IMG/VR virus record: IMGVR_UViG_3300027971_000029
Coordinates: 32,001-96,000 of that record
Source: a virus
Lineage: Duplodnaviria > Caudoviricetes
Reading direction: 5' to 3' (one strand)
DNA: 64,000 bases
The position numbers and the translations under genes were made by a program. Positions within the stretch are counted from its first letter, which is position 1, and every line of letters begins with the position of its first letter. The notes beneath the pieces were generated by a model. It was not told the DNA's origin, searched no databases, and saw only the letters and a list, made by a program, of their open reading frames with translations. Positions 42,816-50,951 of the stretch are shown here, one piece after another.

Positions 42816-43385
42816 CTTGATACCCTCAGTTCGGCTTCTGGATTGTCCCAACATGCATCACGATAATTGCTTACAAATTCAACCAGACCTTTATAAGTAC
42901 CCCAACCATTCTCAGGCTCAAATATTTTATAATACTCTGGATCAGAGAGTAGGATTTTCAAACCCTCATCTAGATAATATACAATGTTTCTTGCATGAAC
43001 AAACCCATGTTCATCGGGTCGCCATAGTACATTGTATAATGTCAGACCATTAGACACTTTGACTTCACCAGCCATTATAGCCAAATTGTGTGTGATGTTG
43101 CTACTGTATACCGAACAAGGTTGAGTAACCATCAAATCAACATCAAGACTCATCTTTATAATCTTCCATAAAATAATTAATGTACTTCAAAGCCTCTTCA
43201 GCCTCAGGTTCTGTGCATCCATATCGTTCAATCAAAACTGTCTTCATCTCAGCATGTTCCATATATTCAATCAGGTCATCATAGTCCCAATCGAATGTAT
43301 GGTCCATGTCATACCACAGAGACAGTTTGCCGTTTGCATTATAGAATGCATACCAGCAACTATTACTCCATCTGGCGTAACTCAT
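42812..43385 (-). other. Two hypothetical ORFs (42812-43153, 43143-43385)
   Basis: NITHNL..P.NGWGTY motif in the first. Confidence 0.6.
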
Positions 43386-44494
43386 CAGAATGCATCAAAG
43401 TTAAAGTACTTCGGTACTTCTTTTGATAGAATCACAGTGATATCATCTTTCTCAAAGATGAATTGACCACTACTGGCATTGTACTTGACCATATTGCTAT
43501 TGTTCAATGATTTCTCATGCCAACCATTTCCACTGTCATCTTCAACATCTTCATCACCAAGAGTCTCATTTAGAAGTTTAGCGGCTTCTTTTTTGTGTTT
43601 AAACCAGTAACTAATATCAATCTCTCTTTGAGTAGACAATGGCGAACCAACCCAAACAGATGGGCTTACTCTATCTGCTTTTCTGTCACCACGCCACACT
43701 TCGACATTGTATGATGTACCACCATCAAACTCTGCTTTGACATTCAGAATACGCATAGCCTCTTGAGGTGTTTCGTTGTAACGATTCATCTCTTCGACAA
43801 CTGCTTTCAGCATGTCAAAATTGAATGATGCAAACACAGATGCAATATTCACCATAGAATCGATGTGTGCTTTGTTGGCCAAGTTATCGTTGCAGTATTC
43901 ACGAATGAAATTCTCATCTAAGCCTTTGAATTCTACCATATAGAAGATACGACCAGGGCGATTTCTCATATGCTCATCTACACGCCATTTGTCGTTGCTG
44001 GTTAGCATAAACAATTTTTTAGATGTGAAGATGCCATCTAGCAATGTCAACAGTCTTTCTTGGTCTTCTCTATCATAGACCTTTTCAAACTCATCAAAGA
44101 AAACAATGCATGGTTGTTCAATAGATTGAATCAATGTATTGAATTTGTCACCAGTAAACTCAGCATTCACTACAATGGTCGGCACACCTTGCTTAGCCAA
44201 CTCAACTGAGATGTTTTTACTCAATAGCGTTTTGCCTGAGCCTTTCTCACCAACAAGCATTACACCTGTACTTTGGTCACGATTCCAGAAACTATTGATA
44301 ATTCTATCAGTGTTTCTAGCGGTATCACCATATAACTTTGTGGGTAGGGTGAAGTCTTCAATGTGTTCAATGAAGAAGTTTTCGTATTGGTCTTGCTTTA
44401 CAACATAGTTACCAGCTGGTAACTGCTCATGCAAATCCATCGATTCTTTGGTCGCAATACGGAATGTATTGCCTGATTTCATGTAGTAACTCAT
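43385..44494 (-). CDS. AAA+ ATPase
   Basis: Walker A GEKGSGKT, Walker B FFDEFEK, NRPGRI. Confidence 0.9.
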   Translation of the reverse strand: MSYYMKSGNTFRIATKESMDLHEQLPAGNYVVKQDQYENFFIEHIEDFTLPTKLYGDTARNTDRIINSFWNRDQSTGVMLVGEKGSGKTLLSKNISVELAKQGVPTIVVNAEFTGDKFNTLIQSIEQPCIVFFDEFEKVYDREDQERLLTLLDGIFTSKKLFMLTSNDKWRVDEHMRNRPGRIFYMVEFKGLDENFIREYCNDNLANKAHIDSMVNIASVFASFNFDMLKAVVEEMNRYNETPQEAMRILNVKAEFDGGTSYNVEVWRGDRKADRVSPSVWVGSPLSTQREIDISYWFKHKKEAAKLLNETLGDEDVEDDSGNGWHEKSLNNSNMVKYNASSGQFIFEKDDITVILSKEVPKYFNFDAF

Positions 44495-44502
44495 AATAAA
44501 CC

Positions 44503-44859
44503 TTATGTATTTCGTGTCATTTGGCGCAAAATTCTAACATTATCATCTGGTGCTAGATAGCATCTCGCATTGATTATGGTTGAATTTTCAAGTAGATTCT
44601 CCATCTTTGTGAATTCGATTAATTTATTCTCAATCATGTATTTGACCAAGTGGTCAGCAACTCTCCATTTGATGGCATCTGGATTCAAACTGATGGTATC
44701 AAAATTTGATAATGTTATGTTCACATTAACAAGTTTACCACCAATAGCAATGTCAGTGTACTTACCAACATAATTGTTGTCCCAAACATCATTAAGAATT
44801 GTAGAACTACCGACACCACCATTCACAATTGGCAGTGCTGTAGAATTAGAAAATGCCAT
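44503..44859 (-). CDS. Hypothetical protein
   Basis: ORF downstream of the tRNA array. Confidence 0.55.
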   Translation of the reverse strand: MAFSNSTALPIVNGGVGSSTILNDVWDNNYVGKYTDIAIGGKLVNVNITLSNFDTISLNPDAIKWRVADHLVKYMIENKLIEFTKMENLLENSTIINARCYLAPDDNVRILRQMTRNT

Positions 44860-44897
44860 ATTTAATCACTCTCATAACTAACTCCTTCATAAAAAAC

Positions 44898-44981
44898 TGG
44901 TGCGAGTGGCGGGACTCGAACCCGCATACCTTGCGGCGGCAGATTTTAAGTCTGCTGTGTATACCATTCCACCACACTCGC
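44898..44981 (-). tRNA. tRNA-Leu(UAA)
   Basis: Cloverleaf, loop CTTAAAA, long variable arm, encoded CCA. Confidence 0.92.
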
Positions 44982-44986
44982 TTGAT

Positions 44987-45061
44987 TGGTCCGGCGTGAG
45001 AGAATCGAACTCCCATCAGAAGGGTAGAAGCCTACTGTACTATCCATTGTACTAACGCCAG
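44987..45061 (-). tRNA. tRNA-Arg(UCU)
   Basis: Loop CTTCTAC, CCA. Confidence 0.88.
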
Positions 45062-45067
45062 AATATT

Positions 45068-45334
45068 TTATTTGAATATTGCAGACCACTTCTGCAATTT
45101 TTGTCGTTTAAGACCTGATGCATTCAGTAATTCTTCTCGGTTAATCATACCTGATTCAACCATCAATTCAATCATGCAATGCAAGTCACCTAACTCTTCA
45201 GTTAATCGTTGCTTATTTGTACGCTCATTGTACATTTCATTTAGACCAAATCGGAAACACTTGCTAATAGCCTGTGTGACCTCTGCACATTCTTCCTGTG
45301 CAATCAACATAATTTCTCTATCAACATCATTCAT
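45068..45334 (-). CDS. MazG-like NTP pyrophosphohydrolase
   Basis: QEECAEVTQAISK..RFG..LTEELGDL. Confidence 0.75.
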   Translation of the reverse strand: MNDVDREIMLIAQEECAEVTQAISKCFRFGLNEMYNERTNKQRLTEELGDLHCMIELMVESGMINREELLNASGLKRQKLQKWSAIFK

Positions 45335-45392
45335 TGTGCTTTCTCCTAATGAATGCATTATAACACAACCACACAGACTTGTGTGGCAATAA

Positions 45393-45476
45393 TGGTGCCC
45401 CAAGAGAGACTCGAACTCTCAATCCTTTCGGCACTGGTTTCTAAGACCAGCGTGTATACCATTCCACCATCGGGGC
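45393..45476 (-). tRNA. tRNA-Leu(UAG)
   Basis: Loop CTTAGAA, long variable arm, CCA. Confidence 0.92.
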
Positions 45477-45503
45477 ATAAATTTGCATTGCTTTTAAATT
45501 ATA

Positions 45504-45698
45504 TTCAACATCTCGTAGCCAGGATTCTGTTTTTACCCTAACATTAATCTTTGCCACAACCCGAATCAATAGCGCAAGTGTTGCCTGACTCTGTTTGTGT
45601 TGCTTGTTATATCACGGTAGTTTAATGCTTTCGCTCCTACACACACTTGCCACAAGTCCTGAACTTCCTCTGTTACCAGCGTTAGGTCGGATGTTGAA
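45504..45698 (-). ncRNA. rnpB: Minimal RNase P RNA (about 195 nt)
   Basis: CR-I-like GAGGAAGTTCAGGA and CR-V-like AACAGAATCCTGGCTA form P4 with a bulged U; P1 TTCAACATC/GATGTTGAA; P2 CCTAAC/GTTAGG; tiny P3. Confidence 0.8.
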
Positions 45699-45704
45699 AT
45701 TCTT

Positions 45705-45780
45705 TGGTGCTACCTAGAGGAATCGAACCTCTTTCAATGGTTCTTCAGACCACCGCTATGACCACATCAGCTAAAGTAGC
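45705..45780 (-). tRNA. tRNA-Phe(GAA)
   Basis: Loop CTGAAGA, CCA. Confidence 0.9.
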
Positions 45781-45781
45781 A

Positions 45782-45855
45782 TGGTGCTCTCACCGAGAAT
45801 TGAACTCAGAATTCATCCTTACCAAGGATGTGTTATACCACTTAACTATGAGAGC
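45782..45855 (-). tRNA. tRNA-Thr(GGU)
   Basis: Loop TTGGTAA, CCA. Confidence 0.88.
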
Positions 45856-45862
45856 GATTGAA

Positions 45863-46059
45863 TTTGTAAGTAGTTTCACCCATATTATTGAAACCATTCA
45901 CCTTAGTATATAAAGCCGGCAAGGTCTCGGTACGCCACTTGGGATACTCAACAAAGGTGCTCCGATGCGTTTACGGGACTCGAACCCGTCCTTCTTTTTC
46001 ATTAGTTGGCTCTTCGAAGAAGCCTTCTAGCGAGTCTTTCTCTTGCTGACACTTACAAA
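45863..46059 (-). ncRNA. Unassigned structured RNA (about 197 nt) with an embedded T-arm
   Basis: Closing stem TTTGTAAGT/ACTTACAAA, several internal helices, ACGGG-TTCGAGT-CCCGT. Confidence 0.6.
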
Positions 46060-46062
46060 ACT

Positions 46063-46137
46063 TGGTACCTTGTGACGGGATTGAACCGCCGACCTTCTCC
46101 GTGTAAAAGAGTTACTCTACCGCTGAGTTAACAAGGC
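46063..46137 (-). tRNA. tRNA-Val(UAC)
   Basis: Loop TTTACAC, CCA. Confidence 0.88.
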
Positions 46138-46140
46138 AAA

Positions 46141-46716
46141 TTACATAGTGGGACCGTTGCCGTTTTTAAAGCCAACGGAACCACCTTCTTCATTGATTCT
46201 CTTAATCACATCTTCAAAGAGAATTGGTCTAAAATCTGTTTGTTCTACACAAACACAATGGTAACGGGTGTCAATTTCATATTCACCCCACACTTCAGTC
46301 TTCACACGGTTTGAATGGGTGTGACCATGAATGTTTGTACCAAAACGACCTAGACTGTCACTATGAATTGGGATATGACTAAGAATCATTCCATTCATTA
46401 CATGATATGCTCTCAATTCACGAAAATGAATTCTGTATTCATCATCACGAAAGATATCATGGTTACCACGAATCAGAACTTTATCACCATTCAGCCTGTG
46501 CATGATGCTAAGTGCCTTTCGGTTGATTACAACATCACCGAGGTGGTACACTTTATCATTTGGTCGAACAGTTTCGTTCCATCGCTTGACCATTTCTTCA
46601 TCCATATCTTCTGGATTGTCCCATGGTCTTAATTTCGTTACTCCGTCATCACGAAGAAACTTACACACTCCAGCATGACCAAAATGTGTGTCACTTGTTA
46701 AAAATACTGAAGGCAT
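46141..46716 (-). CDS. Calcineurin-like metallophosphoesterase
   Basis: SDTHFGH, HLGD, RGNHD, SHIP and HGHTH motifs. Confidence 0.9.
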   Translation of the reverse strand: MPSVFLTSDTHFGHAGVCKFLRDDGVTKLRPWDNPEDMDEEMVKRWNETVRPNDKVYHLGDVVINRKALSIMHRLNGDKVLIRGNHDIFRDDEYRIHFRELRAYHVMNGMILSHIPIHSDSLGRFGTNIHGHTHSNRVKTEVWGEYEIDTRYHCVCVEQTDFRPILFEDVIKRINEEGGSVGFKNGNGPTM

Positions 46717-46739
46717 AATTTTCTCCTATTAATTCGCTT

Positions 46740-46815
46740 TGGGTTGTGCTATGAGGATTGAACTCATACTATCTCGGTCACAGCGAGAGGTGCAGACCAC
46801 TACACTAAGCACAAC
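46740..46815 (-). tRNA. tRNA-His(GUG)
   Basis: Loop CTGTGAC, G-1:C73, CCA. Confidence 0.9.
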
Positions 46816-46845
46816 CCAAAACAAATTGGTATCATAAATATAAGG

Positions 46846-47088
46846 ATGTTTTGGACCATTGTCATCATAAGCGTTGGTATTATATCACCAAACATTCAAT
46901 ATGTGGGGCAATTTACAGAAGAAGCCCAATGTACGAATGCTTTGGCAACTCTGAAGACTCAAACTTATCCACCGCAAGTAAAACTAACATGCGCTCAATT
47001 TCCTGAGCCACCGATACCTCCTGCGCCACCGCCACCAGCTAAAGTCACACCAAAAGAATCAATATCTTCAAAAGATGCTAAGAAATGA
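46846..47088 (+). CDS. Small exported/membrane protein with Pro-rich tail
   Basis: CATAAATA late promoter at 46833-46840; hydrophobic N-terminus, two Cys. Confidence 0.6.
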   Translation: MFWTIVIISVGIISPNIQYVGQFTEEAQCTNALATLKTQTYPPQVKLTCAQFPEPPIPPAPPPPAKVTPKESISSKDAKK

Positions 47089-47576
47089 TTGACCCGTTTA
47101 CAGCATTTGCATTAGCACAAGGTGCTGTTGCTGGTATTAAAAAAGCAATTGCATTAGGCAAAGACATTAATGGTCTTATACATGAATTCAGTGCATTCTA
47201 CAAAGCCGCTGATGATGTACATCACTCGGCAGTAAAAGCTAAAATAGATTCTATTCGCATGAGTAATGCTGAGATAAGTGCCAGAGCATTACAAATTGCT
47301 ATGGCATCAAGAGCATTAAGACAACATGAAAAAGAACTCAAAGACATTCTATTTTGGTCTGGTAATGCTGAAGTCTATTATGAAATGCAAGCAGAACGAA
47401 AAAGAATGATAGATGAGCGTCAAGCAGAAGAAAAAAGAGTAGAAGAGCAAAAACAAAAAGACCGTGAAGCCAAAGCAAGGGCTATGATGGGCACTCTTTG
47501 GATTATGGGTTCTCTTTGCATTGTCATACCAATGTGTACAATTCTCTTTCAACTGATAACAGTCAAACATTTATAA
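47085..47576 (+). CDS. Coiled-coil protein with C-terminal TM helix
   Basis: MIDPFTAFALAQGAV..; ATGA overlap with the upstream ORF. Confidence 0.7.
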   Translation: MIDPFTAFALAQGAVAGIKKAIALGKDINGLIHEFSAFYKAADDVHHSAVKAKIDSIRMSNAEISARALQIAMASRALRQHEKELKDILFWSGNAEVYYEMQAERKRMIDERQAEEKRVEEQKQKDREAKARAMMGTLWIMGSLCIVIPMCTILFQLITVKHL

Positions 47577-47650
47577 TGGAGCGGAGTGAGAGAATCGAAC
47601 TCTCAACGGAAGATTGGAAATCTACAGTTTTACCATTAAACTAACCCCGC
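47577..47650 (-). tRNA. tRNA-Gly(UCC)
   Basis: Loop TTTCCAA, U73, CCA. Confidence 0.9.
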
Positions 47651-47732
47651 AAATGCACCGATGCTTATTCAAGCAGAAGCAATGTTCGGTGCCACACAAA
47701 GGCAAGATTTAAAAAGAGCCTGCACTCTATAC

Positions 47733-47807
47733 TGGAGCGGGTAGAGGGAATCGAACCCTCAACTAAACCTTGGCAAGGTCTTGTGTTACCACTAGCACCA
47801 TACCCGC
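47733..47807 (-). tRNA. tRNA-Gly(GCC)
   Basis: Loop TTGCCAA, U73, CCA. Confidence 0.92.
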
Positions 47808-47810
47808 ATA

Positions 47811-48299
47811 CTACGCCTCAGCTAATTCTTGTTCAGCCAAGATTCTTTTCAGTCTATCAGCACAGAAACTTGCGGCTGGCGCATCTGGCTTGACCATTGG
47901 TGTCACATTACATGTACCTTTGATATAACCAATTGCTTGTTGCACTACGCAAGAACTTCCGTGTTCATCAGATTTGTTCAAGTCCAAATGAACTTCAACA
48001 TGTCTATCTTCAAGCACATCGGCTAACGATTGAAACAATTCTGAAACCTTGTAGACTTCAGTCATCAATCTCATAGCAGGTTTGCTTTTCTTGTGGTCAT
48101 AATCTAATTCACGAGTTAAAAAACCGAAAATCTTACAGCCATGGCGTCCATCAATATGAACTACAACAGCCAATGCATAATCTGCATACCACACGCCGTC
48201 AACTCTAACTCTTTCTGAATCAGCACCGAGATATACTTTCGTGTCAGGTCCTTGATTCACAATGAATTGTTTCACTTTTTCGATTTCAAAATTTTTCAT
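47811..48299 (-). CDS. RNase H-like YkuK-family protein
   Basis: YLGADS, RLMTEV, EVHLDLN and KPDAPAAS..AD motifs. Confidence 0.75.
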   Translation of the reverse strand: MKNFEIEKVKQFIVNQGPDTKVYLGADSERVRVDGVWYADYALAVVVHIDGRHGCKIFGFLTRELDYDHKKSKPAMRLMTEVYKVSELFQSLADVLEDRHVEVHLDLNKSDEHGSSCVVQQAIGYIKGTCNVTPMVKPDAPAASFCADRLKRILAEQELAEA

Positions 48300-48315
48300 A
48301 GATACTTCTTTCTTA

Positions 48316-48390
48316 TGGCACCCCGCCAGGGATTCGAACCCCGTCCCACGGTTTTGGAGACCGTCATGCTGCCGTTAACACCAGCGAGAT
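48316..48390 (-). tRNA. tRNA-Trp(CCA)
   Basis: Loop CTCCAAA, G73. Confidence 0.9.
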
Positions 48391-48393
48391 ATA

Positions 48394-48468
48394 TGGTCCT
48401 CTCGAAAGGAATCGAACCTTAGGTCTTTCGGTTATCAGCCGAATGCTCTACCATTAAGCTACAAGAGG
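48394..48468 (-). tRNA. tRNA-Ile(GAU)
   Basis: Loop CTGATAA. Confidence 0.9.
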
Positions 48469-48473
48469 AAACT

Positions 48474-48548
48474 TGGCGGGTCCTGAGAGAATCGAACTCC
48501 CACTCGTAGGTTCGTAGCCTACTGTAATATCCATTTTACTAAAGACCC
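48474..48548 (-). tRNA. tRNA-Arg(ACG)
   Basis: Loop CTACGAA. Confidence 0.9.
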
Positions 48549-48552
48549 ATAT

Positions 48553-48627
48553 TGGTGGTGATAGTTGGATTCGAGCCAACGACCTACTGCGTATGAAGCA
48601 GTTGCACTACCGCTGTGCTATATCACC
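48553..48627 (-). tRNA. tRNA-Met(CAU), probably elongator
   Basis: Loop TTCATAC, G1:C72. Confidence 0.85.
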
Positions 48628-48631
48628 ATAT

Positions 48632-48707
48632 TGGTTGCAGAGGCAGGATTCGAACCTGCGGTTCTTGGCTTATGAGACCAAGCGGATGACCACTTCCATA
48701 CTCTGCG
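48632..48707 (-). tRNA. tRNA-fMet(CAU)-like
   Basis: Loop CTCATAA, C1xA72 mismatch. Confidence 0.8.
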
Positions 48708-48712
48708 ACAAT

Positions 48713-48789
<77 letters not shown>

Positions 48790-48798
48790 ATAAAAACT

Positions 48799-48872
48799 TG
48801 GTGCCCCATGACAGAATCGAACTGCCGTAACCTGATTACAAAACAGGTGTAATACCATTATACTAATAGGGC
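48799..48872 (-). tRNA. tRNA-Thr(UGU)
   Basis: Loop TTTGTAA. Confidence 0.9.
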
Positions 48873-48966
48873 GAAATAGGTGTCGGGCTTCCACCGACTG
48901 CTAATCAAACTACTCTGAACTCAGAGGTGATTAATCTGCCTTGATACAATCTTCAAGGACTTTTAT

Positions 48967-49044
48967 TGGTCTGTGTGGTTGGATTCGAACCAACGGCTCC
49001 TCACTTCCAAGGCGAGATGTCTGACCTGACTGACATACACACAG
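48967..49044 (-). tRNA. tRNA-Pro(UGG), second copy
   Basis: Loop CTTGGAA, C1:G72. Confidence 0.82.
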
Positions 49045-49050
49045 ATAAAA

Positions 49051-49124
49051 TGGTGGAGGATAAGAGAATCGAACTCTTGTGACTAACTTGCAAGGCTAGT
49101 ATAATACCATTATATGAATCCCCC
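49051..49124 (-). tRNA. tRNA-Ala(UGC)
   Basis: Loop CTTGCAA, G3.U70. Confidence 0.9.
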
Positions 49125-49180
49125 GAAATATGTGATTGACTACTTATCTCATTATACGCCATCAATCAAGGCGAGTTATA

Positions 49181-49256
49181 TGGCTCCACAGGGTGGGTTC
49201 GAACCACCGACCAAATGATTAACAGTCATCTACTCTACCGACTGAGCTACTGCGGA
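49181..49256 (-). tRNA. tRNA-Asn(GUU)
   Basis: Loop CTGTTAA, G73. Confidence 0.92.
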
Positions 49257-49262
49257 ATATTC

Positions 49263-49625
49263 TTAAACTAAATCGTGTGTCAAATTTACGCTAGTCGAGT
49301 AGTAGCCGTTAGACTCACCAAACCAACGAACATCAACATAACCTTTGCGTGTTGCAAATTTGTAGAATGTCCACTCAACACACTCGTGGTTCATAGCATC
49401 AAACTCAACTGGTGTTTCACCTGATACCTCTTCAGCCATCAATAGTGGTTCACCTTCTAAGTCTGACAAGTCACCAACGATATCTTCTATCGAAACAGAC
49501 TCACAACAATCTTGGTAATGAAGGAAAGTGAATACTTCTTTATCATTAGCAAATGTCATTGTTTCGCCATCTTGTGTCACCGATGTGAACACTTTACCTA
49601 TCATATTCTCTATATTCATTTTCAA
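49263..49625 (-). CDS. Conserved phage hypothetical protein
   Basis: HYQDCCESV.IEDI.GD..WTFYKFAT.KG.V..RW.GESNGYYS. Confidence 0.75.
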   Translation of the reverse strand: MKMNIENMIGKVFTSVTQDGETMTFANDKEVFTFLHYQDCCESVSIEDIVGDLSDLEGEPLLMAEEVSGETPVEFDAMNHECVEWTFYKFATRKGYVDVRWFGESNGYYSTSVNLTHDLV

Positions 49626-49642
49626 CTCCTTACAAAAAAACT

Positions 49643-49717
49643 TGGCGGTTCGTAGGGGTAACGATCCCCTTCTTTATGCGTGACAGGCATATGTGCGTCC
49701 ATGAACACTTACGAACC
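49643..49717 (-). tRNA. tRNA-Asp(GUC)
   Basis: Loop CTGTCAC, G73. Confidence 0.88.
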
Positions 49718-49721
49718 AAAT

Positions 49722-49807
49722 TGGTGGAGACAGATGGATTCGAACCACCGTGCTTTTTACAGAACAGATTTACAGTCTGCCGCCTTCAGCCACTCGGCCA
49801 TATCTCC
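49722..49807 (-). tRNA. tRNA-Tyr(GUA)
   Basis: Loop CTGTAAA, long variable arm. Confidence 0.92.
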
Positions 49808-49815
49808 AAAACTTT

Positions 49816-49890
49816 TGGTAGGGGTACAGAGAATCGAACTCTGATTAATAGGTTAAAAGCCTACTACTTTAGCCGTTAAGTTATACCCCC
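49816..49890 (-). tRNA. tRNA-Lys(UUU)
   Basis: Loop CTTTTAA. Confidence 0.9.
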
Positions 49891-49976
49891 AAACTTTACC
49901 ATAGAAAAACACATTAGTCTCAAAAAGCGTAACAGCAGTTTTCACCGACAGGCTTATGAGATAATGCGTTTATCTA

Positions 49977-50051
49977 TGGTACTCAGTACGGGAGTCGAAC
50001 CCGTCTTTCCAGATTGAAAGTCTAGCGACCTAACCGATAGTCGAACTGAGC
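49977..50051 (-). tRNA. tRNA-Glu(UUC)
   Basis: Loop CTTTCAA. Confidence 0.9.
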
Positions 50052-50064
50052 ATAAGCAATGCAA

Positions 50065-50131
50065 ATTTTTAAAGAACTTATCGATTTCTCAACCGATGCA
50101 TGAAGTATAACAGAACTGTAGGTTTTGTCAA
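50065..50131 (-). promoter_or_regulatory. tRNA operon promoter plus boxA-like antiterminator
   Basis: TTGACA-N16-TATACT (50104-50131), then GTTCTTTAAAAAT (50065-50077). Confidence 0.7.
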
Positions 50132-50182
50132 CATCTTTTTTTCATACTGTTACAAAAATACAACACAACTTCTATTTGCAAT

Positions 50183-50259
50183 TGGAGTGCGTGACAGGAA
50201 TCGAACCTGCATAAAACGGATTTGCAATCCGACACCTAACCGTTCAGTAGCACACGCAC
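50183..50259 (-). tRNA. tRNA-Cys(GCA)
   Basis: Loop TTGCAAA, U73. Confidence 0.9.
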
Positions 50260-50266
50260 ATAAAAT

Positions 50267-50345
50267 TGGTACCCTTGCTCAGATTCGAACTGAGAGAACT
50301 CTTCCTTTTGAGAGAAGCGACTTTACCAGATTTGTCCACAAGGGC
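50267..50345 (-). tRNA. tRNA-Leu(CAA) with short variable loop
   Basis: Loop CTCAAAA; 6-nt variable region. Confidence 0.82.
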
Positions 50346-50346
50346 A

Positions 50347-50421
50347 TGGTAGACTGAAAGAGAATTGAACTCTTACTCGACCGATTATGAGTCGGCTGCT
50401 TTACCATTAAGCTATCAGTCT
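50347..50421 (-). tRNA. tRNA-Ile2(CAU, lysidine-type) probable
   Basis: Anticodon arm GCCGA-CTCATAA-TCGGT resembles ileX. Confidence 0.75.
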
Positions 50422-50663
50422 TCTTTTTCTAAATCTTGTTCGAGTCTTTGTTCTTGTATCGTTTTCTCTTTGAAAACTTTTCTAGGATTACTGCACATCA
50501 CACATCTAGGATTACCACAATTCATAGCATGATGTTTTGCGAACTTGTGAGGTTCATCAACAACAATGCCGAACTCTTTAGCAATCTTAACTTGTTTCTT
50601 CACTGCATTGTCTGTTTCGAAAATGCGTTTAGAATGCTTGATTTTTTCTTCTTCATGCGACAT
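50415..50663 (-). CDS. Small basic hypothetical protein with Cys motif
   Basis: MSHEEEKIKHS..CGNPRCVMCSNPRK; start corrected to 50663 (AGGAG SD). Confidence 0.7.
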   Translation of the reverse strand: MSHEEEKIKHSKRIFETDNAVKKQVKIAKEFGIVVDEPHKFAKHHAMNCGNPRCVMCSNPRKVFKEKTIQEQRLEQDLEKED

Positions 50664-50683
50664 ACCAACTCCTTTTAAGAAAA

Positions 50684-50771
50684 TGGCAGAGAGTATCAGA
50701 TTCGAACTGATGCACCCATTTCTGAATGACGGTTTAGCAAACCGCTGGTTTAACCACTCACCCAACTCTCT
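50684..50771 (-). tRNA. tRNA-Ser(GCU)
   Basis: Loop TTGCTAA, long arm, G73. Confidence 0.92.
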
Positions 50772-50778
50772 ATAAACT

Positions 50779-50867
50779 TGGCGGAAGAACTGAGATTCGA
50801 ACTCAGGGACCTTGTTACAGTCGGCAGTTTTCAAGACTGCTGGTTTAAACCACTCACCCACTCTTCC
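50779..50867 (-). tRNA. tRNA-Ser(UGA)
   Basis: Loop CTTGAAA, long arm, G73. Confidence 0.92.
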
Positions 50868-50951
50868 AATATCATAGAAAAACACACTTCGAATACTGTA
50901 CTAAACAGAAACTATCCATCACGGGCTCCCCCGCTGAAATGTGTTTATCTA

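Noticed and set aside
47655-47692. GCACCGA..TCGGTGC hairpin between the two Gly tRNAs
   Set aside because: A single hairpin with no further support; may only be a spacer or terminator structure.
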